The notes beneath the pieces were generated by a model, which had not been told where the DNA came from, made no database searches, and worked only from the letters and a program-made list of their open reading frames with translations. From positions 742,435-806,434 of the forward strand of contig OZ316895.1 in the NCBI GenBank assembly GCA_973895155.1: a stretch of 64,000 bases of DNA, written 5' to 3'. The DNA comes from Marsupella aquatica (Eukaryota; Plantae; Marchantiophyta). Shown here one piece after another: positions 23,601 to 34,410 of this stretch. Both the position numbers and the translations under genes were made by a program. Numbering within the stretch: the first letter of the stretch is position 1; each line of letters begins with the position of its first letter.

Positions 23601-25863
23601 TGACCGACGTGACAGGACAGTGCAGTGAAATTGACGGACGTGACAAGACTGTACGCTTACAGTGATATTCTCTGATGTGCAGGATCATAATTATTATGGT
23701 GACATCGACAGTCTGGATCAGGGAAGGCGGACAAGTTATTATAGGCATACGTGAGAAACAGGTTGGAAAAGGTCGCGTGATAAGTCTTGATCCTTCCAGG
23801 GTTTGTCACAATGTTCCTCTTGGGGCGGACAGAGTTCTTCTTCTATTGGAGGAAGTTTTTGACGAGACCATTCTATGCGAAGATGGCAAACTTTTGAAGG
23901 ACATGATTGGGGGTTACCTTGTATGGGAAAGGAATCAGCTTTTTCGAGCTCCCATGGAATCGGAGGATGTGTTTGGCACTGTTGGTGATGATCAAGATCC
24001 AGTCAATCAAAATTCTGATGGGAACAACCATAATGAGAGTCGGTCTGGTGTGGAAGTAGTTTTACCAAAGGCCTTGTGGATGGGCATGCCTGTAAAGGTG
24101 GTGGATGAGAACAAGTTGATTTTTGCAGTGGCAACTATACATGTTCTAGATCCTATAGTGAAGCTTGGGGATGTCACCCTTGGGAATACACATGTGGGAA
24201 TTCTGATCAACGATTTTGTCGAGGGAGCTACCATAGATCATCTGAAGCATAGAGATTGCTTAAAAGCTTGGTCGATGGACCAACTCATTGCCAAGGATGG
24301 CAACTTGTTGTCTTTCCACAACATCAGGCAAGCTATGGGAGGGAACACATCTCCAACAAGTGGCAAGCGGTCCTACGTCCATAAAAGTAGGAAAAGAAAG
24401 AGTCCATCTTCCCAGACATCTAGAAGAGACACATCTTTGGCACGTCAAGATGTGTTGTTGATAAACACTAAGGACTGTTGTAGTGAACATTGTTGCCAAT
24501 ATTTGGACCGCAACTTGGCTATGGCAATTAGGCAAAAGTGGTGGTCAAAATCTTTTGCGGAGCGCAAGGAGGAGGTAATCAAGGCTATTAAAAATACAAT
24601 ACACTTGGGTACTAGAGAAAGGATTCTAGCAGTGGAGGGCAAAGTATTGTGCTTGGAGGCATGGAGAATCATTCATTCAAGAGGAAAGACTCAATTTTAT
24701 GCCTTGAAGAAGACTGTGATGGCTGGAATGAACATAGGTACCCATGGTAATGTTGGAAAAAGGCGTATGTCCGAGAAAGTATCTCTAGCATTCATGTCAA
24801 TGAAAGAGATTATTGAGGAGGCAGCTGATCATCATCCAGCCAAGTTGAGAACCATGGCAGATAATACAAGGATGGTTTTGAGGGAATTGCCAACAAATCT
24901 TACTTGGGAGAATATTAGAAACAGGGTTAATGTTGTCAACCAGGAGGCTTGTCTTCCTCCAATTTCCCAACCCACCTTGAGTCATCTACATCAGATTTAT
25001 TTTAGGGAGTTCTCACGTCACAAAAAGGGCAACAACTTTTCAAAGTGTACAACTTGTAGTGAGTTGCTTCAACAGAAAGCAAACCTTACAGGAGCTAAGG
25101 AAGAGTTAGAGGGCCTAAGGCGTGACGAGGAGGAACATCACCAAGACCACACACAGCAAAGAATGTGCTATCATGCCTGGAGATATGAGTCCATCCATCG
25201 TCCAAAGGAAGTGTTATGCCTTATTCATGATAAGATGGATCATTCAAAGACAGCTCTCCCAAGAATGCCCTTCAATCCTAAGCATGTGGATGGTGCCCAA
25301 AAGTTCCCAATTACTGTTGTCACGTCATCGGCTGCGGCCTTAACTCAGACTTCAGCTTAGACGGGCACATCCCTCGTAAATCTGAGGGTTCGGGCAGGAA
25401 GGGAAGCACATAATGCACCTTATTCTCGTAAACTAGCGCTAAGTGCGCATACTGCTAAATACGGACACCTCCTAGGTATGGTTTGTGTTCCGCCGCCGGA
25501 ATGTACCTTAGTCGATAGCAGGATCGACCCCGGCTTAAGGGCTTCTAAGCCTTCGTGCTGTCCGCCTTTGATCCAGATTCGATGATACAGGTCCTCAACC
25601 CGTGCTCGCAACCACTTACCCGCAGGCTGCACCCTGTGCACGTCTCGGGTAGTGCGTTCGGCCTGGCGCTGCCACCCATATACGAGAAACCCACACACAT
25701 ACACGCGCACATGCATACAATCTCGATTTACATGAAGGAAAATGATGGGAAAGGATTTTACTACAAAGGGAACATATGCGTACACTTAGTTGACCCGACA
25801 GCCCCGGAATGAACAGGTTCAAGGCCGAGGGTGCACACTACAACGGAGCGCGGCTTCGCACTC

Positions 25864-26206
25864 ATCACCCTATTCATTAAAAGTGTATTTTATTTTGTTC
25901 ACTTTTAGGCCTCGAAATGTACACTTGTTGGTCTCTAAATGTACACTTTTTAACCCCAAAAGGTATACTATAGTACAATACTCTACACCTAAACAGTCAA
26001 TTGTAAACTTGAGGGAGAAAAAATAATCTTTACTAGAAGGAGTCTCATCCTAGTTCATTTATAAAAGATGAACATGGTGGTATGTCTGATGGCCATCACC
26101 TTTATTTCTTGCTCAAATGTACACTTTTAGAAAGCCAAATGTACACTTTCTATTGCCCAAATGTTCATAAATTGAATAATAATTCACTTTTAATGAATAG
26201 ATTGAT
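25864..26206. mobile_element. MITE nested in the family B solo LTR
   Basis: TIRs ATCACCCTATTCATTAAAAGTG / CACTTTTAATGAATAGATTGAT. ACTC is duplicated at 25860-25863 and 26207-26210. AT-rich interior with AAATGTACAC repeats. Confidence 0.8.
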
Positions 26207-26675
26207 ACTCGCCCGACGAGCTTAGTCCTACCCCCTCCCCTTGGTACTCTTTCATTCCCAGAGGTCGGGACTCCCCGCACATACCGCGGACACCCAACTC
26301 TGCAACTAAAAACCCCCTGCCTCTACCGAGGGGTGCACTAAATACTAAGGGCTGAGGGACGGGGTGTCCTCTCGCCGAAGATTCACTGACTAAGGTCCTA
26401 ACTAAGCTGACAGTCAGGCCGGAAACGGCTGTGTCTTATTAGAAGATCCTAATCTACGCAGGCTGGATAGCATGGCAGCGATGTTGTACCTAAGACAGGT
26501 GCCTGTCCCAAGAGCCTGACTAAGCTAGTCCTAATCCTAATCTATTCCTACTCCGCCGCTAATGCCTGGCACGCTTGCCAGAGCCGTCTAAATGGGAGCG
26601 GCCATCCCGCTGCCTTCGAAGCTTGTCATTGTCCGCCTTGAGGAGCTGGACCTGGTCCAGTAGAGATTCGTTCTC

Positions 26676-27602
26676 TCACCTCGCCGCGTCCGTCTCCTTT
26701 GTTGCCTCCTGACAAGCCTCCTCCAACTGTTGGGCGTCACTTGTCAGTTTACCCGCCAGCTGGTCCTGCTTCTCGGCCTCGGTTTGGAGCCGCGCCACCT
26801 CGGCCTGCAACATGGCTATCTCCGCCGTGTCCCGTTGGGCCCGTTCCTCGGCCTCCTCCAGGTCTTTCTGCCAGGTGACAGTTTGATTCTTCAAACTGTC
26901 AATCTGGTTCCGGAGTTGTGTAATCTCGGCCTCGTTCCCAGCTTTGGCCTGTTCGGCTAGGGCGGTAAGAGCGTGCGCCTTTGCTAACAACTCATCGGCG
27001 GCTGCAACCTTGGGTCGTAGTTTCCAAAGCTCAGCCTCTTGAGCCGCAACTTCGTTCTTTAGGTACACGGACTCCACCCGGTACCGCTCTATCCTCTGAA
27101 GGGCCTCTGACTGGGCCCGACCTGCCTTTACTACGGCAACCAACTCCTGATTGAAGAAACAGGCTACCTTCCGGGCCATGAACTCCCCGGTATCCCGGGC
27201 AATTTGATGAGAGAAATCTCCCAGAAGCCCGTTCAGAAATGTACCCAGTACGAAGAGTTCCGGGTGGTCCAGGTTGTGCCTGTCCGGAGTTGGGCACGGG
27301 CAGACGTCAACACGCGCGGGGGCCGGGGCAGTGACGTCCAACCCTGGGGACGTAACGTTGGAAGGGGCTGGAGCGTCCTCCTGTAGCAATGTCTGGTTCT
27401 CCGGAATAGCCACCGGTGGGTCTTTGGGAGAACCGGGCTCGGGTAAGACCTCCGCCGTACCGACTTCTGTACTTAGCCCGGCCTGTTGGGTCGCATCAAC
27501 GGTTGCAACACCCGACCCATCCGGTACCTCCTCGGTTACGACTACAGCTACTTGTGGAGGTGGGGTGGGTGAAGCTGGCGTGTGGACTGATGGACTGGTG
27601 CA
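26676..27602 (-). pseudogene. Pro/Ala-rich then coiled-coil ORF remnant inside the family B element
   Basis: Frame is open from ~27602 to 26676 with no upstream ATG. Heptad-like C-terminal half (EAEITQLRNQIDSLKNQ...). Confidence 0.6.
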
Positions 27603-29841
27603 CTACAAAGGGTTGGCTCCCCTTTTATACCTTGAGGGCCTGTCGATCCCCCGACGTCTCCTCGATGCCCATAGGCTGAACCGCTCACGCTTGTGGTGTG
27701 CCGGCCACTCCGCCGGTCTGAGTCAGCGCGTGTCAGTGGCCGCTTCCTTAAGTTTGTTATACGGACCCGAGGGAGGGGCCCCTCCACGCTCGTAACCCGG
27801 GTGTGCGAATAGCGACCAGCCGCCAGTCCGAACCTGAATTCCCCCTTATTGCCTAATGATATCCTACCCATAATGATTACCTAAATACTATCGTTATGCT
27901 AATAATAGCGGTCTAAGACACTCCTAACGCGCGTGCCGAGCGCAGTTAGACCGAATCACTTATTAACCGCCGTACCGGCGGCGTCACAACTGTCACTAGT
28001 ATCCTTACTCATGGTCATGGTCCCAAGGCCATAGCCCAATATCATGTTGGAGTGTGGCCAGGTGATGTCAACATCACTATTGGGTCAATTGATTCAATAC
28101 TAAGGATGTTGGAAAACCCAAATCCAATGATCAAATCACTTGTGGAGGGGCCAGACTCGACAAGTCTTTTTAAAGACCTCCTTTTTGGGAGAGCAGATAT
28201 CTTGGAGGCAAGTGTCCTTAGAGCATTTGAGGATGACATTGCCTACATCTCAAGCCTAGGTACTTTACTCACAATCCTTTAATTATTATTATTTAATAAT
28301 ATAAGCTCACACACACTGACACTCTACTTTGTGTAGTTGTTGCTCCTCCTAGCCAAGGTTTCATTAATAGGGTTTAAACCCTAAACCCTAAATTGGGGTT
28401 TAGGGTCTGACTAGGGTTTTATTTAAAAGCATTCTGAGATTGTTACATTGTGATGCAGCACCTGAGGCACCAAAGTTCAGGCCCCTTCCACGAGTATTGA
28501 AGCTACAACTGGATAATTGTGCCTCAGACAACAAGAACAGATATATGATGGCTTATTTGTCATTGTTGACGGCAAGGGAGGTGTTTGAAGAGGTTCATCT
28601 TGGTTTTATGGTGGTTGGGCATACTCATGAGGACGTTGACGGTATGTTCAGGCATTTTTCAGAGTCTATGATGCATAACCCCACATACTCATTGCCTGAG
28701 TTAATGTCCTTGTTCATGAGAGCAAGGACACCCAATGCAGTCCCACATTTTCTACAGGAGGTCCCAGATTTCAAAAACTACTTAGCTCCATTCATGTTGA
28801 AGGGCCCTGAGGCATTGGTGGGGCATTTAAAACCCAGGCTGTTTAGGTTCTATGTTCGTCATGATAGTATGCCATGCTTCCAATACAAAATGAAGTCAAC
28901 TGATCAGGGATGGTTACCCAAGGAAGGTATTGAAATGTGGTCATGGAAAGATGACAAAAGTCCTCACATCCCAATTGGGGTGCCCAAACGGCTACCAATG
29001 ATGGAGTTGAAAATGCTTCCTGACGTGCTGACAGGGTTGAAGAAGCATGTGTCATTCTTTGAGTTTATTCTAAAGCGAACAAAAGAGGAAGAACCAAAGC
29101 GACGTTGGACAACTCTCATCAATTATTGGAATGACATTGTAGATACTCTATAGGGTGAGCAGGTGCAATATGAACCTGAAGGTGCACACAACTTGGAATA
29201 CGGGTTTTAGCCTTTATCAATATGGAGAGAGCACGTTCCACCAGAATATTGAAATGTGGCATGTGAGTTGGAGGCAACAGTGGATTATGTGGGACCAGCA
29301 AAAGATAAACCTCCTGAGAGTTTTAACCCTAGGGTTGATGTTGTGAAGGGCTGTTATGTGTTGGTACGGCCGGACGACTCAGACCTGGATGTTTATCCTG
29401 TCCATATGGGGTTAGTTGTTACAGATGTGGTAGAAGGACCAGTGAATGAACAAAACCTTCTTACTCATGTATGTGGCGTTGAGTGGTTTAGACCATTTAT
29501 GGCAAAGAAGCAACGTGGTCAATCAGACTGGCAGCCAAGAGAGCGGTGGGCAGATTCTTGGGATAAGAAATGGGAACGTGATCCAGCTCCAATATACAAG
29601 GAAGCTGAGACAATAGATGTTTCCTCTGCCTTGTGGTGTTTCAAAGCACGCAAAGGACCAGTGACTGGGCTGGTAGGAATTCCAAAGAATGTTGTTGTCA
29701 AGGCAAGAGACTATCTCTTGACATGCATAGCAAGTGACAAATCCTAGACAGTAATGAAGCATGTAGTTTAGCATACAGTTTAAAAGGCAACTCAGAATAG
29801 TAGTAGCCAGAGAACTCAAGTTTAGACAAGTCTTATCGTCT

Positions 29842-30420
29842 AAGTTAGTTAGTTGGTTAGTTTATTTAAGATATAATATTAGTTAGTGGGGCCTTAGTTT
29901 GGTTATATTAAGGCATGATATTATTGACATTCAAATGAATGTCCAGTAGACATTGTAATATACAACAATCCTATTAATAAATAATAATTATAGTTACACC
30001 CTCAAGTGAACTCAACTTTCAATGATTTCTGATTTTATATGGTTCCATGCCTGATTGAGTCAAAGCAATAGAAACTAACTAATTAAAGGGTGATACTATA
30101 ATTGTAGGTCACGCACCCTGGTGCGTGTCAATCTTTTTTGTATTCAACCCTATAGTAATTAAATAGACAAGTTAGTTAGTTGGTTAGTTTATTTAAGATA
30201 TAATATTAGTTAGTGGGCCCTTAGTTTGGTGATATTAAGGCATGATATTATTGACATTCAAATGAATGTCCAGTAGACATTGTAATATACAACAATCCTA
30301 TTAATTGTTGTAAAGAAACTAATTAATTAAAGGGTGGTACTTACTATGATTGTAGGTCACGCACCCTGGTGCGTGTCAATCTTTTTTGTCTTCAACCCTA
30401 TAATAATTAAATAGACAATT
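29842..30420. repeat. Tandem duplication downstream of the transposase carrying the palindrome variant ACGCA-N6-TGCGT
   Basis: AAGTTAGTTAGTTGGTTAGTTTATTTAAG... at ~29842 and ~30169. CACGCACCCTGGTGCGTG at 30110 and 30358. Confidence 0.85.
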
Positions 30421-30635
30421 GAAACAATGAATGACAGTTTAATTAAGGATTTGTGCATGGATCAAGAGGTACTTGATGTCATTTAGTGATGCATTGTTAT
30501 AAAGATCTTGCAACAAAACATTTGAAGTTTTTGACTATCCCACCAAATGTTAAAGAGGTTGATCATTCATTAACTAATAATATTTAGATAAAATTGGAAT
30601 TAATCTAATACTTCAGTATTCCTTAAATTGGGGTT

Positions 30636-33460
30636 ATTTGGATGTCAAGTAATGTCCCCATTACTCCACCCAAACGAACCAAGATGGGACCCCAACGACA
30701 GTTGGGGATATACATCGGATTCGACTCTCCGTCCATAATCCGATATATGGAGCCTACAACTGGGGACGTTTTTAAATCTAGATTCCTAGATTGCCATTTC
30801 GATGAACATGTTTATCCACCGTTAGTAACCCCTGAACACCCACAACCACCTTTGGAGTGGGAAAGACATTCGCCATTTTGGCAAGACCTTAGAACCAATC
30901 AAGGGGAGAAAGAAGTTCAACGAATTTTACAACTCCACAAGATTGTGGAAGAACTTCCCGACGCTTTCGTTGATACATCACAAGTTAGCCGCTCACATAT
31001 CCTAGCTGCGAGAGCATCTGCCCGCATTTAATTATCAAATGAGCCGGCAAATACATCCCAGCCTCGTGCCAAACGTGGCAGACCCTTGGGATCAAAGGAT
31101 AAACAACCAAGAAGGCGTGGTTCATCTATACCACCTTCACCTAATGTTGATCATAACGAATCCACAACTCATGAGGAGATTTCTATCCACTACGCACACA
31201 CCGGCGAGATATGGGATAGAAATACTACTTCAATAGATGATGCTTTTGCATTAATGGTGGCAACACATATCACAGACGAAACACCCAAACCAATATCTAT
31301 CTTAGAATGCCAAAACAGACCAGATTGGCCTGAATGGCAAAAAGCTATAAACGGAGAATTAGATTTTCTACTAAGCAGACACACTTTTGGCCCAATCGAG
31401 CCAACACCGCAAGACGTACACCTCATTGGCTACAAGTGGACATTCGTCCAAAAAAGAAATGATAAAGGCCAAGTTGTACGCTACAAAGCACGTTTGGTAG
31501 GGAAAGGATTTACCCAACAACCGGGAATTCATTACGATGAAACTTACTCACCGGCTATGGATAGCACAACATTCTGATACCTTATCGGATTTGCCATTTT
31601 CCATAAACTACAAATGCGACAACTGGATGTTGCGACCGCATATCTATATGGAACTTTAGACACTTGTCTATACATGCGATCACCCCCCGAGTTGGAGCAA
31701 CGTCGCCGAGCTTTAGCTCAAGGCGCTAAATCGCATATCCCATATTTACATAAGATTATAACACAATTATCTCAAGTTACACCTCATGTGTCATCTACAC
31801 ATGTAACCCATAATAATGACACCGCTGTGTCAACCGTATGGAATACTCGCTGCGAACTAGCTATCCGCGTGTTGAAGGCATTATATGGCCTGAAACAAAG
31901 TGGCAGAGTATGGTATCAAAGATTTACTGATGAAATGATTACCATGGGTTTTACCCATGATGCAATTACCCCATGTTTATTTATTAAACATATGGATGAT
32001 GAATATGTCATCGTTTCTATCTATGTTGATGACTTAAATATATTTGGGACACCCCAAATTACCGAAGATACTATTACTAGTCTTAAATTAACATTTGAGA
32101 TGAAAGACCTTGGACATACAAACTTTTGCCTAGGCTTACAACTGGAGATCTTACCCACTGGCATGATGCTCCATCAGACAACACAAACTGAAAAGATCCT
32201 AAAACAGTTCAATATGAACCTAGCACACCCATTGACGTCACCAATGGTAGTACGTTCATTAGAAAACAATACTGATATTTTTCGCAAACGCGAAGAACAT
32301 GAACCACTATTAGGACCAGAAACTCCGTATCTTTCTGCGATAGGAGCATTAATGTATCTAGCAAATCAGACACGACCAGACATTGCATTTGCAGTTAACT
32401 TACTAGCTAGACATAGTGCAACTCCCACAGCCAGACACTGGAATGGAGTTAAGCACGTATTTAGATATCTACGTGGAACCACCGATACCGGGTTATTTTA
32501 CCCATTCGGTACAAACCACGAGCTCATAGGATATGTGGATGCCGGATATCTCTCTGACACTGATACCGCAAAATCCCAAACTGGATACATTTTTACCATA
32601 GGGGGTACCACTTTTTCTTGGAAAAGCGTGAAACAGACCCTAACAGCAACCTCATCGAATCACTCAGAAATCTTAGCTCTACATGAGGCTAGTCGTGAAG
32701 CCGTTTGGTTACGATCCTTTATAAACCACATCAACACTAAATGCGGCCTACCACCACTAACGAAGCCTACTAACATTTTTGAGGATAATGCAGCATGTAT
32801 ACAGCAGATCACGAAAGGATTCATCAAAGGCGATCGCGTGAAGCATATAGCTCCAAAGTTTTTCTACACCCACGAGTTACACGGAAAAGAGATCAACATT
32901 TTGCAGATCTCAAGTGCAGACAACTGTGCGGATCTCTTCACCAAATCACTATCGCCATCAGTTCACCACCGACACTGCCAGGTGATTGGACTGCGGAGCG
33001 TGCGACGCATGATGACTGTGGAGGCTGCTGCTCCACATGATGCTTGATGATGCTGACCACATAATGCTGATGACATGATGCTGACGACCTACTGTTGAGA
33101 CAAATATTAAAGCTAGATTTACTATAGCATCTAACTTTACTTAACATTGACATTTATTACGACGAGGACTGTTAGGCTGCACTCTTTTTCCTTTAGCACT
33201 CATATTTTTCTCTGCTACACTGGTAGAGTTTTTACTAAGCTAGAGTTGATAAAGGTTTTTTAACGAGGTAGTCTACCTCGATTGTACTTATATCATATAT
33301 TTCCTATGAACATGATATAATAGGTATAGTCTATGTTGTCCATATAGTTGTCACTATATATCCAAAGGGGAGTGTTAGACTCTACCTGGTGACCAGACGA
33401 CCGGACCAACCAGTCACCAGACCGGCACCACTACATGTACCAAACGCCACAGACTATACA
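30636..33460 (+). mobile_element. 5'-truncated Ty1/copia retrotransposon, Bianca-like (integrase C-terminus, RT, RNase H, PPT, start of 3' LTR)
   Basis: Contains PPKRTKMGPQRQLGIYIGFDSPSIIRY, LYGLKQSGR, YVDD and GFIKGDRVKHIAPKFFYTHEL. PPT AAAGGGGAG at 33364-33372 is followed by TGTTAG at 33373. Stops and frameshifts at ~31031 and 31577. The LTR end was not found. Confidence 0.92.
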
Positions 33461-33559
33461 TGATTCATTCTATTCTCACACTTCGCATATTTTCTTGCCT
33501 TTGATACATTTTCCTCACTTTGACATCTTTTACTCTCTTTTTACATTTTCTCACCTTGA

Positions 33560-34410
33560 TGTATTTCCCTCACCTCAACATCTTTCCCTTGCCTCAACAT
33601 CTTTCCTTCTCCTCTACATCTTGCCATCACCTCAACATCTTTTCCTCTCCTCCACATCTTGCCCTCACCTTGGCATCTTTCCGTCACATTGACATCTTGC
33701 CCTTGCTTCAAAATCTTTCGTGCAACGCACGAGCATAGGGCTTGTATTCAAATAACAGGCCTTTCCTTGGCCTAATTATAGCGTTAGGCCTATGCTTCAC
33801 TAATTGTAGCAGCAGACCTGTGCTTCACAATGCATGTTTTGGTAATTTTAGCAATCGATCTTGACTGAATTTTAGTACCTATGTTTGTAGAGGTATAACC
33901 CCTAGGGTCTTTTAGGTATTTGAGTTACATTAGCTATCATTTGACAGGAAAATATTGCAACACAATCAACTAACTTATTATATTATGCAATGCACAAATC
34001 ATGTCAAGAGGAGGCAAAAATGTTGAGGTGACACAAAGATGTCAAGGCAAGGAAAGAATGTTGAGACAAGTTTAGATGTGGGTGAGGCCTCGGGGGGTTA
34101 ACTAAGTGTATATTTTGGGGTACCACGTGCGATCCTAGCCTAATATAAATAGACCTATTTTATAAAGAAAATATTCCAAGAATATTCTCTATTTTCAATA
34201 TTAATAACCTATTTTACTTTATAAAGGGTATATATTAAAGAATATTCTATAAACATGAGTTTATAATACCTTCTTTTGCCTCCTATGCTTTTTAAAAATT
34301 TAGTTAAAATATGCCAAAAATACCTATTTTGGATCGCACGTGGTTCCTAAGATTTTTGATTGTCAACCCCCCGAGGGTGAGGCAAAGATGTCGAGTAGAG
34401 GAGAAGCTGT
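33560..34410. repeat. Degenerate short repeats (CCTCAACATCTT-like) in inverted arrangement; probable old DNA-TE remnant
   Basis: CCTCAACATCTTT units at ~33570-33700 and reverse-complement AAGATGT/ATGTTGAG units at ~34000-34400. Confidence 0.5.
34089..34375. mobile_element. MITE (287 bp) with 8-bp TSD
   Basis: TIRs CTCGGGGGGTT(A/G)AC, with the internal inverted pair CCACGTGCGATCC / GGATCGCACGTGG. TSD GGTGAGGC at 34081-34088 and 34376-34383. Confidence 0.9.

Larger units (their letters stand above)
25318..27988 (-). mobile_element. Solo-LTR-like element family B (2671 bp) inserted in the transposase
   Basis: Ends TGTCACGTC...GGCGTCACA. 5-bp TSD ACTGT at 25313-25317 and 27989-27993. TATAAAA on - at 27629-27623. 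Confidence 0.9.
23675..29747 (+). pseudogene. Sola-like (DUF7869-type) DDD transposase, interrupted by a solo-LTR insertion and a stop/frameshift
   Basis: Contains KDCCSEHCCQ, FSKCTTCSEL, CLIHDKMDHSK, LQLDNCASDNKN and FMVVGHTHEDVDGMF. Removing 25318-27993 restores KFPITV|TSILTHGHG...WPGDVNITIGSI in frame. Intron from ~28260. TAG at 29151-29153. Confidence 0.85.
1..30420. mobile_element. Putative giant cargo-carrying DNA transposon (Sola-like/DUF7869-type transposase plus divergent cargo genes); termini not identified, left end lies outside the window
   Basis: The transposase at 23675-29747 (+) and the Ulp1/ParB/F-box cargo (-) are arranged divergently. One palindromic motif recurs from 251 to 30374. 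Most ORFs share the same decay pattern (isolated TAG/TGA/TAA stops, single frameshifts). The right boundary is cut by a copia fragment starting near 30636. Confidence 0.6.

Noticed and set aside
25318-25360. C-terminus VTSSAAALTQTSA* of the 561-aa ORF as the true end of the protein
   Set aside because: It is read-through into the inserted solo LTR; the transposase resumes at 27994.
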